From NCBI GenBank assembly GCA_964057225.1, contig OZ059898.1, positions 20,212,001 through 20,276,000 on the forward strand: a stretch of DNA of 64,000 bases, given 5' to 3'. This DNA is from Auanema rhodensis (lineage: Eukaryota; Animalia; Nematoda). Below the pieces are notes generated by a model. It was not told the origin of the DNA. It did not search any database and saw nothing but the letters and a program-made list of their open reading frames with translations. Position numbers and translations under genes: made by a program. Positions 1 to 12,802 of the stretch are shown piece after piece (position 1 is the stretch's first letter; every line of letters begins with the position of its first letter).

Positions 1-1539
1 TAGTCTAAAAACGAATTTTTATTGATATTGATGCATGGTAACCATGAGTTTGAAATTTACGTGAACTTTAATTTATGCTTATTAAGTGTACACGTGATGT
101 GCACTTGGTATGTAACTCGCTTCACGTGAAAGATAAAGGGATGCGGTTTTCAAGATTAGATTCCCCGTGTCCATATTAGTCTAAAAACAAATTTTTGTTG
201 ATATTGGTGGATGGTAACCATGACTTTGAAATTTACGTGAACTTTAATTTATGCTAATTAAGTGTACACGTGATGTGCACTTGGTATGTAACTTGCTTCA
301 CGTGAAAGATAAAGAGATGCGGTTTTCAAAATTAGATTCCCCATGTCCATATTAGTCTAAAAACAAATTTTTATTGATATTGGTGCATGGTAACCATGAC
401 TTTGAAAATTACGTGAACTTTAATTTATGCTAATTAAGTGTACTCGTGATGTGCACTTGGTATGTAACTCGCTTCACGTGAAAGATAAAGAGATGCGGTT
501 TTCAAAATTAGATTCCTCATGTCCATATTAGTCTAAAAACAAATTTTTATTGGTATTGGTGCATGGCAACTATGACTTTTAAATTTACGTGTACTTTAAT
601 TTATGCTAATTAAGTGTACACATGATGTGCACTTGGTATGTAACTCGCTTCACGTCAAAGATAAAGAGATGTGGTTTTCAAAATTAGATTCCTCATGTCC
701 ATATTAGTCTAAGAACAAATTTTTATTAATATTGGTGCATGGTAACCATGACTTTGAAATTTATGTGAACTTTAATTTATGCTTATTAAGTGTACACGTG
801 ATGTGCACTTGGTATGTAACTCGCTTCACGTGAAAGATAAAGGGATGCGGTTTTCAAAATTAGATTCCTCATGTCCATATTAGTCTAAAAACAAATTTTT
901 ATTGGTATTGGTGCATGGCAACTATGACTTTTAAATTTACGTGTACTTTAATTTATGCTAATTAAGTGTACACATGATGTGCACTTGGTATGTAACTCGC
1001 TTCACGTCAAAGATAAAGAGATGCGGTTTTCAAAATTAGATTCCTCATGTCCATATTAGTCTAAAAACGAATTTTTATTGATATTGATGCATGGTAACCA
1101 TGAGTTTGAAATTTACGTGAACTTTAATTTATGCTTATTAAGTGTACACGTGATGTGCACTTGGTATGTAACTCGCTTCACGTGAAAGATAAAGGGATGC
1201 GGTTTTCAAGATTAGATTCCCCGTGTCCATATTAGTCTAAAAACAAATTTTTGTTGATATTGGTGGATGGTAACCATGACTTTGAAATTTACGTGAACTT
1301 TAATTTATGCTAATTAAGTGTACACGTGATGTGCACTTGGTATGTAACTCGCTTCACGTCAAAGATAAAGAGATGTGGTTTTCAAAATTAGATTCCTCAT
1401 GTCCATATTAGTCTAAAAACAAATTTTTATTAATATTGGTGCATGGTAACCATGACTTTGAAATTTATGTGAACTTTAATTTATGCTAATTAAGTGTACA
1501 CGTGATGTGCACTTGGTATGTAACTCGCTTCAAGTGAAA

Positions 1540-4250
1540 GATAAAGAGATGCGGTTTTCAAAATTAGATTCCCCATGTCCATATTAGTCTAAAAACAAAT
1601 TTTTATTGATATTGGTGCATGGTAACCATGACTTTGAAATTTACGTGAACTTTAATTTATGCTAATTAAGTGTACTCGTGATGTGCACTTGGTATGTAAC
1701 TCGCTTCACGTGAAAGATAAAGAGATGCGGTTTTCAAAATTAGATTCCTCATGTCCATATTAGTCTAAAAACAAATTTTTATTGGTATTGGTGCATGGCA
1801 ACTATGACTTTTAAATTTACGTGTACTTTAATTTATGCTAATTAAGTGTACACATGATGTGCACTTGGTATGTAACTCGCTTCACGTCAAAGATAAAGAG
1901 ATGTGGTTTTCAAAATTAGATTCCTCATGTCCATATTAGTCTAAAAACAAATTTTTATTAATATTGGTGCATGGTAACCATGACTTTGAAATTTATGTGA
2001 ACTTTAATTTATGCTAATTAAGTGTACACATGATGTGCACTTGGTATGTAACTCGCTTCACGTGAAAGATAAAGAGATGCGGTTTTCAAAATTAGATTCC
2101 TCATGTCCATATTAGTCTAAAAACGAATTTTTATTGATATTGATGCATGGTAACCATGACTTTGAAATTTACGTGAACTTTAATTTATGCTAATTAAGTG
2201 TACACATGATGTGCACTTGGTATGTAACTCGCTTCACGTCAAAGATAAAGAGATGCGGTTTTCAAAATTAGATTTCGCATGTCCATATTAGTCTAAAAAC
2301 AAATTTTTATTGATATTGGTGCATGGTAACCATGACTTTGAAATTTACGTGAACTTTAATTTATGCTAATTAAGTGTACACGTGATGTGCACTTGGTATG
2401 TAACTCGCTTCACGTGAAAGATGAAGAGATGCGGTATTCAAATTTAGGTTCCCCATGTCCATATTAGTCTAAAAACAAATTTTTGTTGATATTGATGCAT
2501 GGTAACCATGACTTTGAAATTTACGTGAACTTTAATTTATGCTAATTAAGTGTACACGTGATGTGCACTTGGTATGTAACTCGCTTCGCGTCAAAGATAA
2601 AGAGATGCGGTTTTCAAAATTAGATTCCCCATGTCCATATTAGTCTAAAAACAAATTTTTGTTGATATTGATGCATGGTAACCATGACTTTGAAATTTAC
2701 GTGAACTTTAATTTATGCTAATTAAGTGTACACGTGATGTGCACTTGGTATGTAACTCGCTTCACGTGAAAGATAAAGAGATGCGGTTTTCAAAATTAGA
2801 TTCCCCATGTCCATATTAGTCTAAAAACAAATTTTTATTGATATTTGTGCATGGCAACCATGACTTCAAAATTTACGTGTACTTTAATTTATGCTAATTA
2901 AGTGTACACATGATGTGCACTTGGTATGTAACTCTCTTCACGTCAAAGATAAAGAGATGCGGTTTTCAAAATTAGATTCCTCATGTCCATATTAGTCTAA
3001 AAACGAATTTTTATTGATATTGATGCATGGTAACCATGAGTTTGAAATTTACGTGAACTTTAATTTATGCTTATTAAGTGTACACGTGATGTGCACTTGG
3101 TATGTAACTCGCTTCACGTGAAAGATAAAGGGATGCGGTTTTCAAGATTAGATTCCCCGTGTCCATATTAGTCTAAAAACAAATTTTTGTTGATATTGGT
3201 GGATGGTAACCATGACTTTGAAATTTACGTGAACTTTAATTTATGCTAATTAAGTGTACACGTGATGTGCACTTGCTATGTAACTCGCTTCACGTGAAAG
3301 ATAAAGAGATGCGGTTTTCAAAATTAGATTCCCCATGTCCATATTAGTCTAAAAACAAATTTTTATTGATATTGGTGCATGGTAACCATGACTTTGAAAT
3401 TTACGTGAACTTTAATTTATGCTAATTAAGTGTACTCGTGATGTGCACTTGGTATGTAACTCGCTTCACGTGAAAGATAAAGAGATGCGGTTTTCAAAAT
3501 TAGATTCCTCATGTCCATATTAGTCTAAAAACAAATTTTTATTGGTATTGGTGCATGGCAACTATGACTTTTAAATTTACGTGTACTTTAATTTATGCTA
3601 ATTAAGTGTACACATGATGTGCACTTGGTATGTAACTCGCTTCACGTCAAAGATAAAGAGATGTGGTTTTCAAAATTAGATTCCTCATGTCCATATTATT
3701 CTAAAAACAAATTTTTATTAATATTGGTGCATGGTAACCATGACTTTGAAATTTATGTGAACTTTAATTTATGCTAATTAAGTGTACACATGATGTGCAC
3801 TTGGTATGTAACTCGCTTCACGTGAAAGATAAAGAGATGCGGTTTTCAAAATTAGATTCCTCATGTCCATATTAGTCTAAAAACGAATTTTTATTGATAT
3901 TGATGCATGGTAACCATGACTTTGAAATTTACGTGAACTTTAATTTATGCTAATTAAGTGTACACATGATGTGCACTTGGTATGTAACTCGCTTCACGTC
4001 AAAGATAAAGAGATGCGGTTTTCAAAATTAGATTTCGCATGTCCATATTAGTCTAAAAACAAATTTTTATTGATATTGGTGCATGGTAACCATGACTTTG
4101 AAATTTACGTGAACTTTAATTTATGCTAATTAAGTGTACACGTGATGTGCACTTGGTATGTAACTCGCTTCACGTGAAAGATGAAGAGATGCGGTATTCA
4201 AATTTAGGTTCCCCATGTCCATATTAGTCTAAAAACAAATTTTTGTTGAT
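1540..4250 (+). repeat. Block duplication at 10-monomer (1760 bp) offset: about 1540-2490 repeated at about 3300-4250
   Basis: Rare markers recur exactly 1760 apart: TGTACTCGTG 1671/3431, ATTGGTATTG 1781/3541, ATGAAGAGATGCGGTATTCAAATTTAGG 2421/4181. Confidence 0.85.
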
Positions 4251-4399
4251 ATTGGTGGATGGTAACCATGACTTTCAAATTTACGTGAACTTCAATTTAT
4301 GCTAATTAAGTGTACACGTGATGTGCACTTGGTATGTAACTCGCTTCGCGTCAAAGATAAAGAGATGCGGTTTTCAAAATTAGATTCCCCATGTCCATA

Positions 4400-7000
4400 T
4401 TAGTCTAAAAACAAATTTTTGTTGATATTGGTGGATGGTAACCATGACTTTGAAATTTACGTGAACTTTAATTTATGCTAATTAAGTGTACACGTGATGT
4501 GCACTTGGTATGTAACTCGCTTCACGTGAAAGATAAAGAGATGCGGTTTTCAAAATTAGATTCCTCATGTCCATATTAGTCTAAAAACGAATTTTTATTG
4601 ATATTGATGCATGGTAACCATGACTTTGAAATTTACGTGAACTTTAATTTATGCTAATTAAGTGTACACATGATGTGCACTTGGTATGTAACTCGCTTCA
4701 CGTCAAAGATAAAGAGATGCGGTTTTCAAAATTAGATTTCGCATGTCCATATTAGTCTAAAAACAAATTTTTATTGATATTGGTGCATGGTAACCATGAC
4801 TTTGAAATTTACGTGAACTTTAATTTATGCTAATTAAGTGTACACGTGATGTGCACTTGGTATGTAACTCGCTTCACGTGAAAGATAAAGAGATGCGGTT
4901 TTCAAAATTAGATTCCCCATGTCCATATTAGTCTAAAAACAAATTTTTATTGATATTGGTGCATGGCAACCATGACTTCAAAATTTACGTGTACTTTAAT
5001 TTATGCTAATTAAGTGTACACATGATGTGCACTTGGTATGTAACTCGCTTCACGTCAAAGATAAAGAGATGCGGTTTTCAAAATTAGATTTCGCATGTCC
5101 ATATTAGTCTAATAACAAATTTTTATTGATATTGGTGCATGGTAACCATGACTTTGAAATTTACGTGAACTTTAATTTATGCTAATTAAGTGTACACGTG
5201 ATGTGCACTTGGTATGTAACTCGCTTCACGTGAAAGATAAAGAGATGCGGTTTTCAAAATTAGATTCCTCATGTCCATATTAGTCTAAAAACGAATTTTT
5301 ATTGATATTGATGCATGGTAACCATGACTTTGAAATTTACGTGAACTTTAATTTATGCTAATTAAGTGTACACATGATGTGCACTTGGTATGTAACTCGC
5401 TTCACGTCAAAGATAAAGAGATGCGGTTTTCAAAATTAGATTCCCCATGTCCATATTAGTCTAAAAACGAATTTTTATTGATATTGATGCATGGTAACCA
5501 TGACTTTGAAATTTACGTGAACTTTAATTTATGCTAATTAAGTGTACACATGATGTGCACTTGGTATGTAACTCGCTTCACGTCAAAGATAAAGAGATGC
5601 GGTTTTCAAAATTAGATTTCGCATGTCCATATTAGTCTAAAAACAAATTTTTATTGATATTGGTGCATGGTAACCATGACTTTGAAATTTACGTGAACTT
5701 TAATTTATGCTAATTAAGTGTACACGTGATGTGCACTTGGTATGTAACTCGCTTCACGTGAAAGATGAAGAGATGCGGTATTCAAATTTAGGTTCCCCAT
5801 GTCCATATTAGTCTAAAAACAAATTTTTGTTGATATTGGTGGATGGTAACCATGACTTTCAAATTTACGTGAACTTTAATTTATGCTAATTAAATGTACA
5901 CGTGATGTGCACTTGGTATGTAACTCGCCTCACGTGAAAGATAAAGAGATGCGGTTTTCAAAATTAGATTCCCCTTGTCCAAATTAGTCTAAAAACAAAT
6001 TTTTGTTGATATTGGTGGATGGTAACCATGACTTTGAAATTTACGTGAACTTTAATTTATGCTAATTAAGTGTACACGTGATGTGCACTTGGTATGTAAC
6101 TCGCTTCACGTGAAAGATAAAGAGATGCGGTTTTCAAAATTAGATTCCTCATGTCCATATTAGTCTAAAAACGAATTTTTATTGATATTGATGCATGGTA
6201 ACCATGACTTTGAAATTTACGTGAACTTTAATTTATGCTAATTAAGTGTACACATGATGTGCACTTGGTATGTAACTCGCTTCACGTCAAAGATAAAGAG
6301 ATGCGGTTTTCAAAATTAGATTTCGCATGTCCATATTAGTCTAAAAACAAATTTTTATTGATATTGGTGCATGGTAACCATGACTTTGAAATTTACGTGA
6401 ACTTTAATTTATGCTAATTAAGTGTACACGTGATGTGCACTTGGTATGTAACTCGCATCACGTGAAAGATAAAGAGATGCGGTTTTCAAAATTAGATTCC
6501 CCATGTCCATATTAGTCTAAAAACAAATTTTTATTGATATTGGTGCATGGCAACCATGACTTCAAAATTTACGTGTACTTTAATTTATGCTAATTAAGTG
6601 TACACATGATGTGCACTTGGTATGTAACTCGCTTCACGTCAAAGATAAAGAGATGCGGTTTTCAAAATTAGATTTCGCATGTCCATATTAGTCTAATAAC
6701 AAATTTTTATTGATATTGGTGCATGGTAACCATGACTTTGAAATTTACGTGAACTTTAATTTATGCTAATTAAGTGTACACGTGATGTGCACTTGGTATG
6801 TAACTCGCTTCACGTGAAAGATAAAGAGATGCGGTTTTCAAAATTAGATTCCTCATGTCCATATTAGTCTAAAAACGAATTTTTATTGATATTGATGCAT
6901 GGTAACCATGACTTTGAAATTTACGTGAACTTTAATTTATGCTAATTAAGTGTACACATGATGTGCACTTGGTATGTAACTCGCTTCACGTCAAAGATAA
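4400..7000 (+). repeat. Block duplication at 9-monomer (1584 bp) offset: about 4400-5400 repeated at about 5990-6990
   Basis: CATGACTTCAAAA 4971/6555 and AATAACAAAT 5111/6695, with the same order of monomer types. Confidence 0.75.
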
Positions 7001-10000
7001 AGAGATGTGGTTTTCAAAATTAGATTCCACATGTCCATATTAGTCTAAAAACAAATTTTTATTAATATTGGTGCATGGTAACCATGACTTTGAAATTTAT
7101 GTGAACTTTAATTTATGCTAATTAAGTGTACACATGATGTGCACTTGGTATGTAACTCGCTTCACGTCAAAGATAAAGAGATGCGGTTTTCAAAATTAGA
7201 TTTCGCATGTCCATATTAGTCTAAAAACAAATTTTTATTGATATTGGTGCATGGTAACCATGACTTTGAAATTTACGTGAACTTTAATTTATGCTAATTA
7301 AGTGTACACGTGATGTGCACTTGGTATGTAACTCGCTTCACGTGAAAGATAAAGAGATGCGGTTTTCAAAATTAGATTCCCCATGTCCATATTAGTCTAA
7401 AAACAAATTTTTATTGATATTGGTGCATGGCAACCATGACTTCAAAATTTACGTGTACTTTAATTTATGCTAATTAAGTGTACACATGATGTGCACTTGG
7501 TATGTAACTCGCTTCACGTCAAAGATAAAGAGATGCGGTTTCCAAAATTAGATTTCGCATGTCCATATTAGTCTAATAACAAATTTTTATTGATATTGGT
7601 GCATGGTAACCATGACTTTGAAATTTACGTGAACTTTAATTTATGCTAATTAAGTGTACACGTGATGTGCACTTGGTATGTAACTCGCTTCACGTGAAAG
7701 ATAAAGAGATGCGGTTTTCAAAATTAGATTCCCCATGTCCATATTAGTCTAAAAACAAATTTTTGTTGATATTGGTGGATGGTAACCATGACTTTGAAAT
7801 TTACGTGAACTTTAATTTATGCTAATTAAGTGTACACGTGATGTGCACTTGGTATGTAACTCGCTTCACGTGAAAGATAAAGAGATGCGGTTTTCAAAAT
7901 TAGATTCCTCATGTCCATATTAGTCTAAAAACGAATTTTTATTGATATTGATGCATGGTAACCATGACTTTGAAATTTACGTGAACTTTAATTTATGCTT
8001 ATTAAGTGTACACGTGATGTGCACTTGGTATGTAACTCGCTTCAAGTGAAAGATAAAGAGATGCGGTTTTCAAAATTAGATTCCCCATGTCCATATTAGT
8101 CTAAAAACAAATTTTTATTGATATTGGTGCATGGTAACCATGACTTTGAAATTTACGTGAACTTTAATTTATGCTAAGTAAGTGTACACGTGATGTGCAC
8201 TTGGTATGTAACTCGCTTCACGTGAAAGATGAAGAGATGCGGTATTCAAATTTAGGTTCCCCATGTCCATATTAGTCTAAAAACAAATTTTTGTTGATAT
8301 TGGTGGATGGTAACCATGACTTTCAAATTTACGTGAACTTCAATTTATGCTAATTAAGTGTACACGTGATGTGCACTTGGTATGTAACTCGCTTCGCGTC
8401 AAAGATAAAGAGATGCGGTTTTCAAAATTAGATTCCCCATGTCCATATTAGTCTAAAAACAAATTTTTGTTGATATTGGTGGATGGTAACCATGACTTTC
8501 AAATTTACGTGAACTTCAATTTATGCTAATTAAGTGTACACGTGATGTGCACTTGGTATGTAACTCGCTTCGCGTCAAAGATAAAGAGATGCGGTTTTCA
8601 AAATTAGATTCCCCATGTCCATATTAGTCTAAAAACAAATTTTTGTTGATATTGGTGGATGGTAACCATGACTTTGAAATTTACGTGAACTTTAATTTAT
8701 GCTTATTAAGTGTACACGTGATGTGCATTTGGTATGTAACTCGCTTCAAGTGAAAGATAAAGAGATGCGGTTTTCAAAATTAGATTCCTCATGTCCATAT
8801 TAGTCTAAAAACGAATTTTTATTGATATTGATGCATGGTAACCATGACTTTGAAATTTACGTGAACTTTAATTTATGCTTATTAAGTGTACACGTGATGT
8901 GCATTTGGTATGTAACTCGCTTCAAGTGAAAGATAAACAGATGCGGTTTTCAAAATTAGATTCCCCATGTCCATATTAGTCTAAAAACAAATTTTTATTG
9001 ATATTGGTGCATGGTAACTATGACTTTGAAATTTACGTAAACTTTAATTTATGCTAATTAAGTGTACACATGATGTGCACTTGGTATGTAACTCGCTTCA
9101 CGTCAAAGATAAAGAGATGCGGTTTTCAAAATTAGATTTCGCATGTCCATATTAGTCTAAAAACAAATTTTTATTGATATTGGTGCATGGTAACCATGAC
9201 TTTGAAATTTACGTGAACTTTAATTTATGCTAATTAAGTGTACACGTGATGTGCACTTGGTATGTAACTCGCTTCACGTGAAAGATAAAGAGATGCGGTT
9301 TTCAAAATTAGATTCCCCATGTCCATATTAGTCTAAAAACAAATTTTTATTGATATTGGTGCATGGCAACCATGACTTTAAAATTTACGTGTACTTTAAT
9401 TTATGCTAATTAAGTGTACACATGATGTGCACTTGGTATGTAACTCGCTTCACGTCAAAGATAAAGAGATGCGGTTTTCAAAATTAGATTTCGCATGTCC
9501 ATATTAGTCTAATAACAAATTTTTATTGATATTGGTGCATGGTAACCATGACTTTGAAATTTACGTGAACTTTAATTTATGCTAATTAAGTGTACACGTG
9601 ATGTGCACTTCGTATGTAACTCGCTTCGCGTCAAAGATAAAGAGATGCGGTTTTCAAAATTAGATTTCGCATGTCCATATTAGTCTAAAAACAAATTTTT
9701 ATTGATATTGGTGCATGGCAACCATGACTTTCAAATTTACGTGAACTTCAATTTATGCTAATTAAGTGTACACGTGATGTGCACTTCGTATGTAACTCGC
9801 TTCGCGTCAAAGATAAAGAGATGCGGTTTTCAAAATTAGATTCCTCATGTCCATATTAGTCTAAAAACGAATTTTTATTGATATTGGTGCATGGTAACCA
9901 TGACTTTGAAATTTACGTGAACTTTAATTTATGCTAATTAAGTGTACACATGATGTGCACTTGGTATGTAACTCGCTTCACGTCAAAGATAAAGAGATGC

Positions 10001-12705
10001 GGTTTTCAAAATTAGATTTCGCATGTCCATATTAGTCTAATAACAAATTTTTATTGATATTGGTGCATGGTAACCATGACTTTGAAATTTACGTGAACTT
10101 TAATTTATGCTAATTAAGTGTACACGTGATGTGCACTTGGTATGTAACTCGCTTCAACTGAAAGATAAAGAGATGCGGTTTTCAAAATTAGATTCCCCAT
10201 GTCCATATTAGTCTAAAAACAAATTTTTGTTGATATTGGTGGATGGTAACCATGACTTTGAAATTTACGTGAACTTTAATTTATGCTAATTAAGTGTACA
10301 CGTGATGTGCACTTGGTATGTAACTCGCTTCACGTGAAAGATAAAGAGATGCGGTTTTCAAAATTAGATTCCTCATTTCCATATTAGTCTAAAAACGAAT
10401 TTTTATTGATATTGATGCATGGTAACCATGACTTTGAAATTTACGTGAACTTTAATTTATGCTTATTAAGTGTACACGTGATGTGCACTTGGTATGTAAC
10501 TCGCTTCAAGTGAAAGATAAAGAGATGCGGTTTTCAAAATTAGATTTCCCATGTCCATATTAGTCTAAAAACAAATTTTTATTGATATTGGTGCATGGTA
10601 ACTATGACTTTGAAATTTACGTGAAATTTAATTTATGCTAATTAAGTGTACACGTGATGTGCACTTGGTATGTAACTCGCTTCACGTGAAAGATAAAGAG
10701 ATGCGGTTTTCAAAATTAGATTCCTCATTTCCATATTAGTCTAAAAACGAATTTTTATTGATATTGATGCATGGTAACCATGACTTTGAAATTTACGTGA
10801 ACTTTAATTTATGCTTATTAAGTGTACACGTGATGTGCACTTGGTATGTAACTCGCTTCAACTGAAAGATAAAGAGATGCGGTTTTCAAAATTAGATTCC
10901 CCATGTCCATATTAGTCTAAAAACAAATTTTTGTTGATATTGGTGGATGGTAACCATGACTTTGAAATTTACGTGAACTTTAATTTATGCTAATTAAGTG
11001 TACACGTGATGTGCACTTGGTATGTAACTCGCTTCACGTGAAAGATAAAGAGATGCGGTTTTCAAAATTAGATTCCTCATTTCCATATTAGTCTAAAAAC
11101 GAATTTTTATTGATATTGATGCATGGTAACCATGACTTTGAAATTTACGTGAACTTTAATTTATGCTTATTAAGTGTACACGTGATGTGCACTTGGTATG
11201 TAACTCGCTTCAAGTGAAAGATAAAGAGATGCGGTTTTCAAAATTAGATTTCCCATGTCCATATTAGTCTAAAAACAAATTTTTATTGATATTGGTGCAT
11301 GGTAACTATGACTTTGAAATTTACGTGAAATTTAATTTATGCTAATTAAGTGTACACATGATGTGCACTTGGTATGTAACTCGCTTCACGTCAAAGATAA
11401 AGAGATGCGGTTTTCAAAATTAGATTTCGCATGTCCATATTAGTCTAAAAACAAATTTTTATTGATATTGGTGCATGGTAACCATGACTTTGAAATTTAC
11501 GTGAACTTTAATTTATGCTAAGTAAGTGTACACGTGATGTGCACTTGGTATGTAACTCGCTTCACGTGAAAGATGAAGAGATGCGGTATTCAAATTTAGG
11601 TTCCCCATGTCCATATTAGTCTAAAAACAAATTTTTGTTGATATTGGTGGATGGTAACCATGACTTTCAAATTTACGTGAACTTCAATTTATGCTAATTA
11701 AGTGTACACGTGATGTGCACTTGGTATGTAACTCGCTTCACGTCAAAGATAAAGAGATGCGGTTTTCAAAATTAGATTTCGCATGTCCATATTAGTCTAA
11801 TAACAAATTTTTATTGATATTGGTGCATGGTAACCATGACTTTGAAATTTACGTGAACTTTAATTTATGCTAATTAAGTGTACACGTGATGTGCACTTGG
11901 TATGTAACTCGCTTCAACTGAAAGATAAAGAGATGCGGTTTTCAAAATTAGATTCCCCATGTCCATATTAGTCTAAAAACAAATTTTTGTTGATATTGGT
12001 GGATGGTAACCATGACTTTCAAATTTACGTGAACTTCAATTTATGCTAATTAAGTGTACACGTGATGTGCACTTGGTATGTAACTCGCTTCGCGTCAAAG
12101 ATAAAGAGATGCGGTTTTCAAAATTAGATTCCCCATGTCCATATTAGTCTAAAAACGAATTTTTATTGATATTGATGCATGGTAACCATGACTTTGAAAT
12201 TTACGTGAACTTTAATTTATGCTTATTAAGTGTACACGTGATGTGGATTTGGTATGTAACTCGCTTCAAGTGAAAGATAAAGAGATGCGGTTTTCAAAAT
12301 TAGATTCCCCATGTCCATATTAGTCTAAAAACAAATTTTTATTGATATTGGTGCATGGTAACTATGACTTTGAAATTTACGTAAACTTTAATTTATGCTA
12401 ATTAAGTGTACACATGATGTGCACTTGGTATGTAACTCGCTTCACGTCAAAGATAAAGAGATGCGGTTTTCAAAATTAGATTTTGCATGTCCATATTAGT
12501 CTAAAAACAAATTTTTATTGATATTGGTGCATGGTAACCATGACTTTGAAATTTACGTGAACTTTAATTTATGCTAATTAAGTGTACACGTGATGTGCAC
12601 TTGGTATGTAACTCGCTTCACGTGAAAGATAAAGAGATGCGGTTTTCAAAATTAGATTCCCCATGTCCATATTAGTCTAAAAACAAATTTTTATTGATAT
12701 TGGTG

Positions 12706-12718
12706 CATGGTAACCATG
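12706..12718. other. 13-bp interrupted palindrome CATGGT-A-ACCATG (monomer positions 34-46)
   Basis: CATGGT is the reverse complement of ACCATG. It is broken in the GGCAAC, GGATGG, AACTAT and AATCAT variants. Confidence 0.9.
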
Positions 12719-12755
12719 ACTTTGAAATTTACGTGAACTTTAATTTATGCTAATT

Positions 12756-12778
12756 AAGTGTACACGTGATGTGCACTT
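12756..12778. other. Imperfect inverted repeat AAGTGTACA-CGTGA-TGTGCACTT (monomer positions 84-106), present in nearly every copy
   Basis: 9-bp arms with one T:G mismatch and a 5-nt loop. It overlaps the palindromes GTGTACAC, CACGTG and GTGCAC. Confidence 0.85.
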
Positions 12779-12792
12779 GGTATGTAACTCGC

Positions 12793-12802
12793 TTCACGTG
12801 AA
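12793..12802. other. 10-bp perfect palindrome TTCACGTGAA (monomer positions 121-130) with an E-box/G-box core
   Basis: Self-complementary in type A monomers. It becomes TTCACGTCAA, TTCAAGTGAA or TTCGCGTCAA in other monomer types. Confidence 0.9.

Noticed and set aside
2584-2600. CENP-B box in the CTTCGCGTCAAAGATAA variant
   Set aside because: It matches TTCG....A but lacks the essential CGGG of NTTCGNNNNANNCGGGN.
3595-3777. 60-aa ORF MLIKCTHDVH...
   Set aside because: It spans about one satellite monomer and exists only because the consensus TAG changed to TAT. The other roughly 360 copies mostly keep the stop. No recognisable domain.
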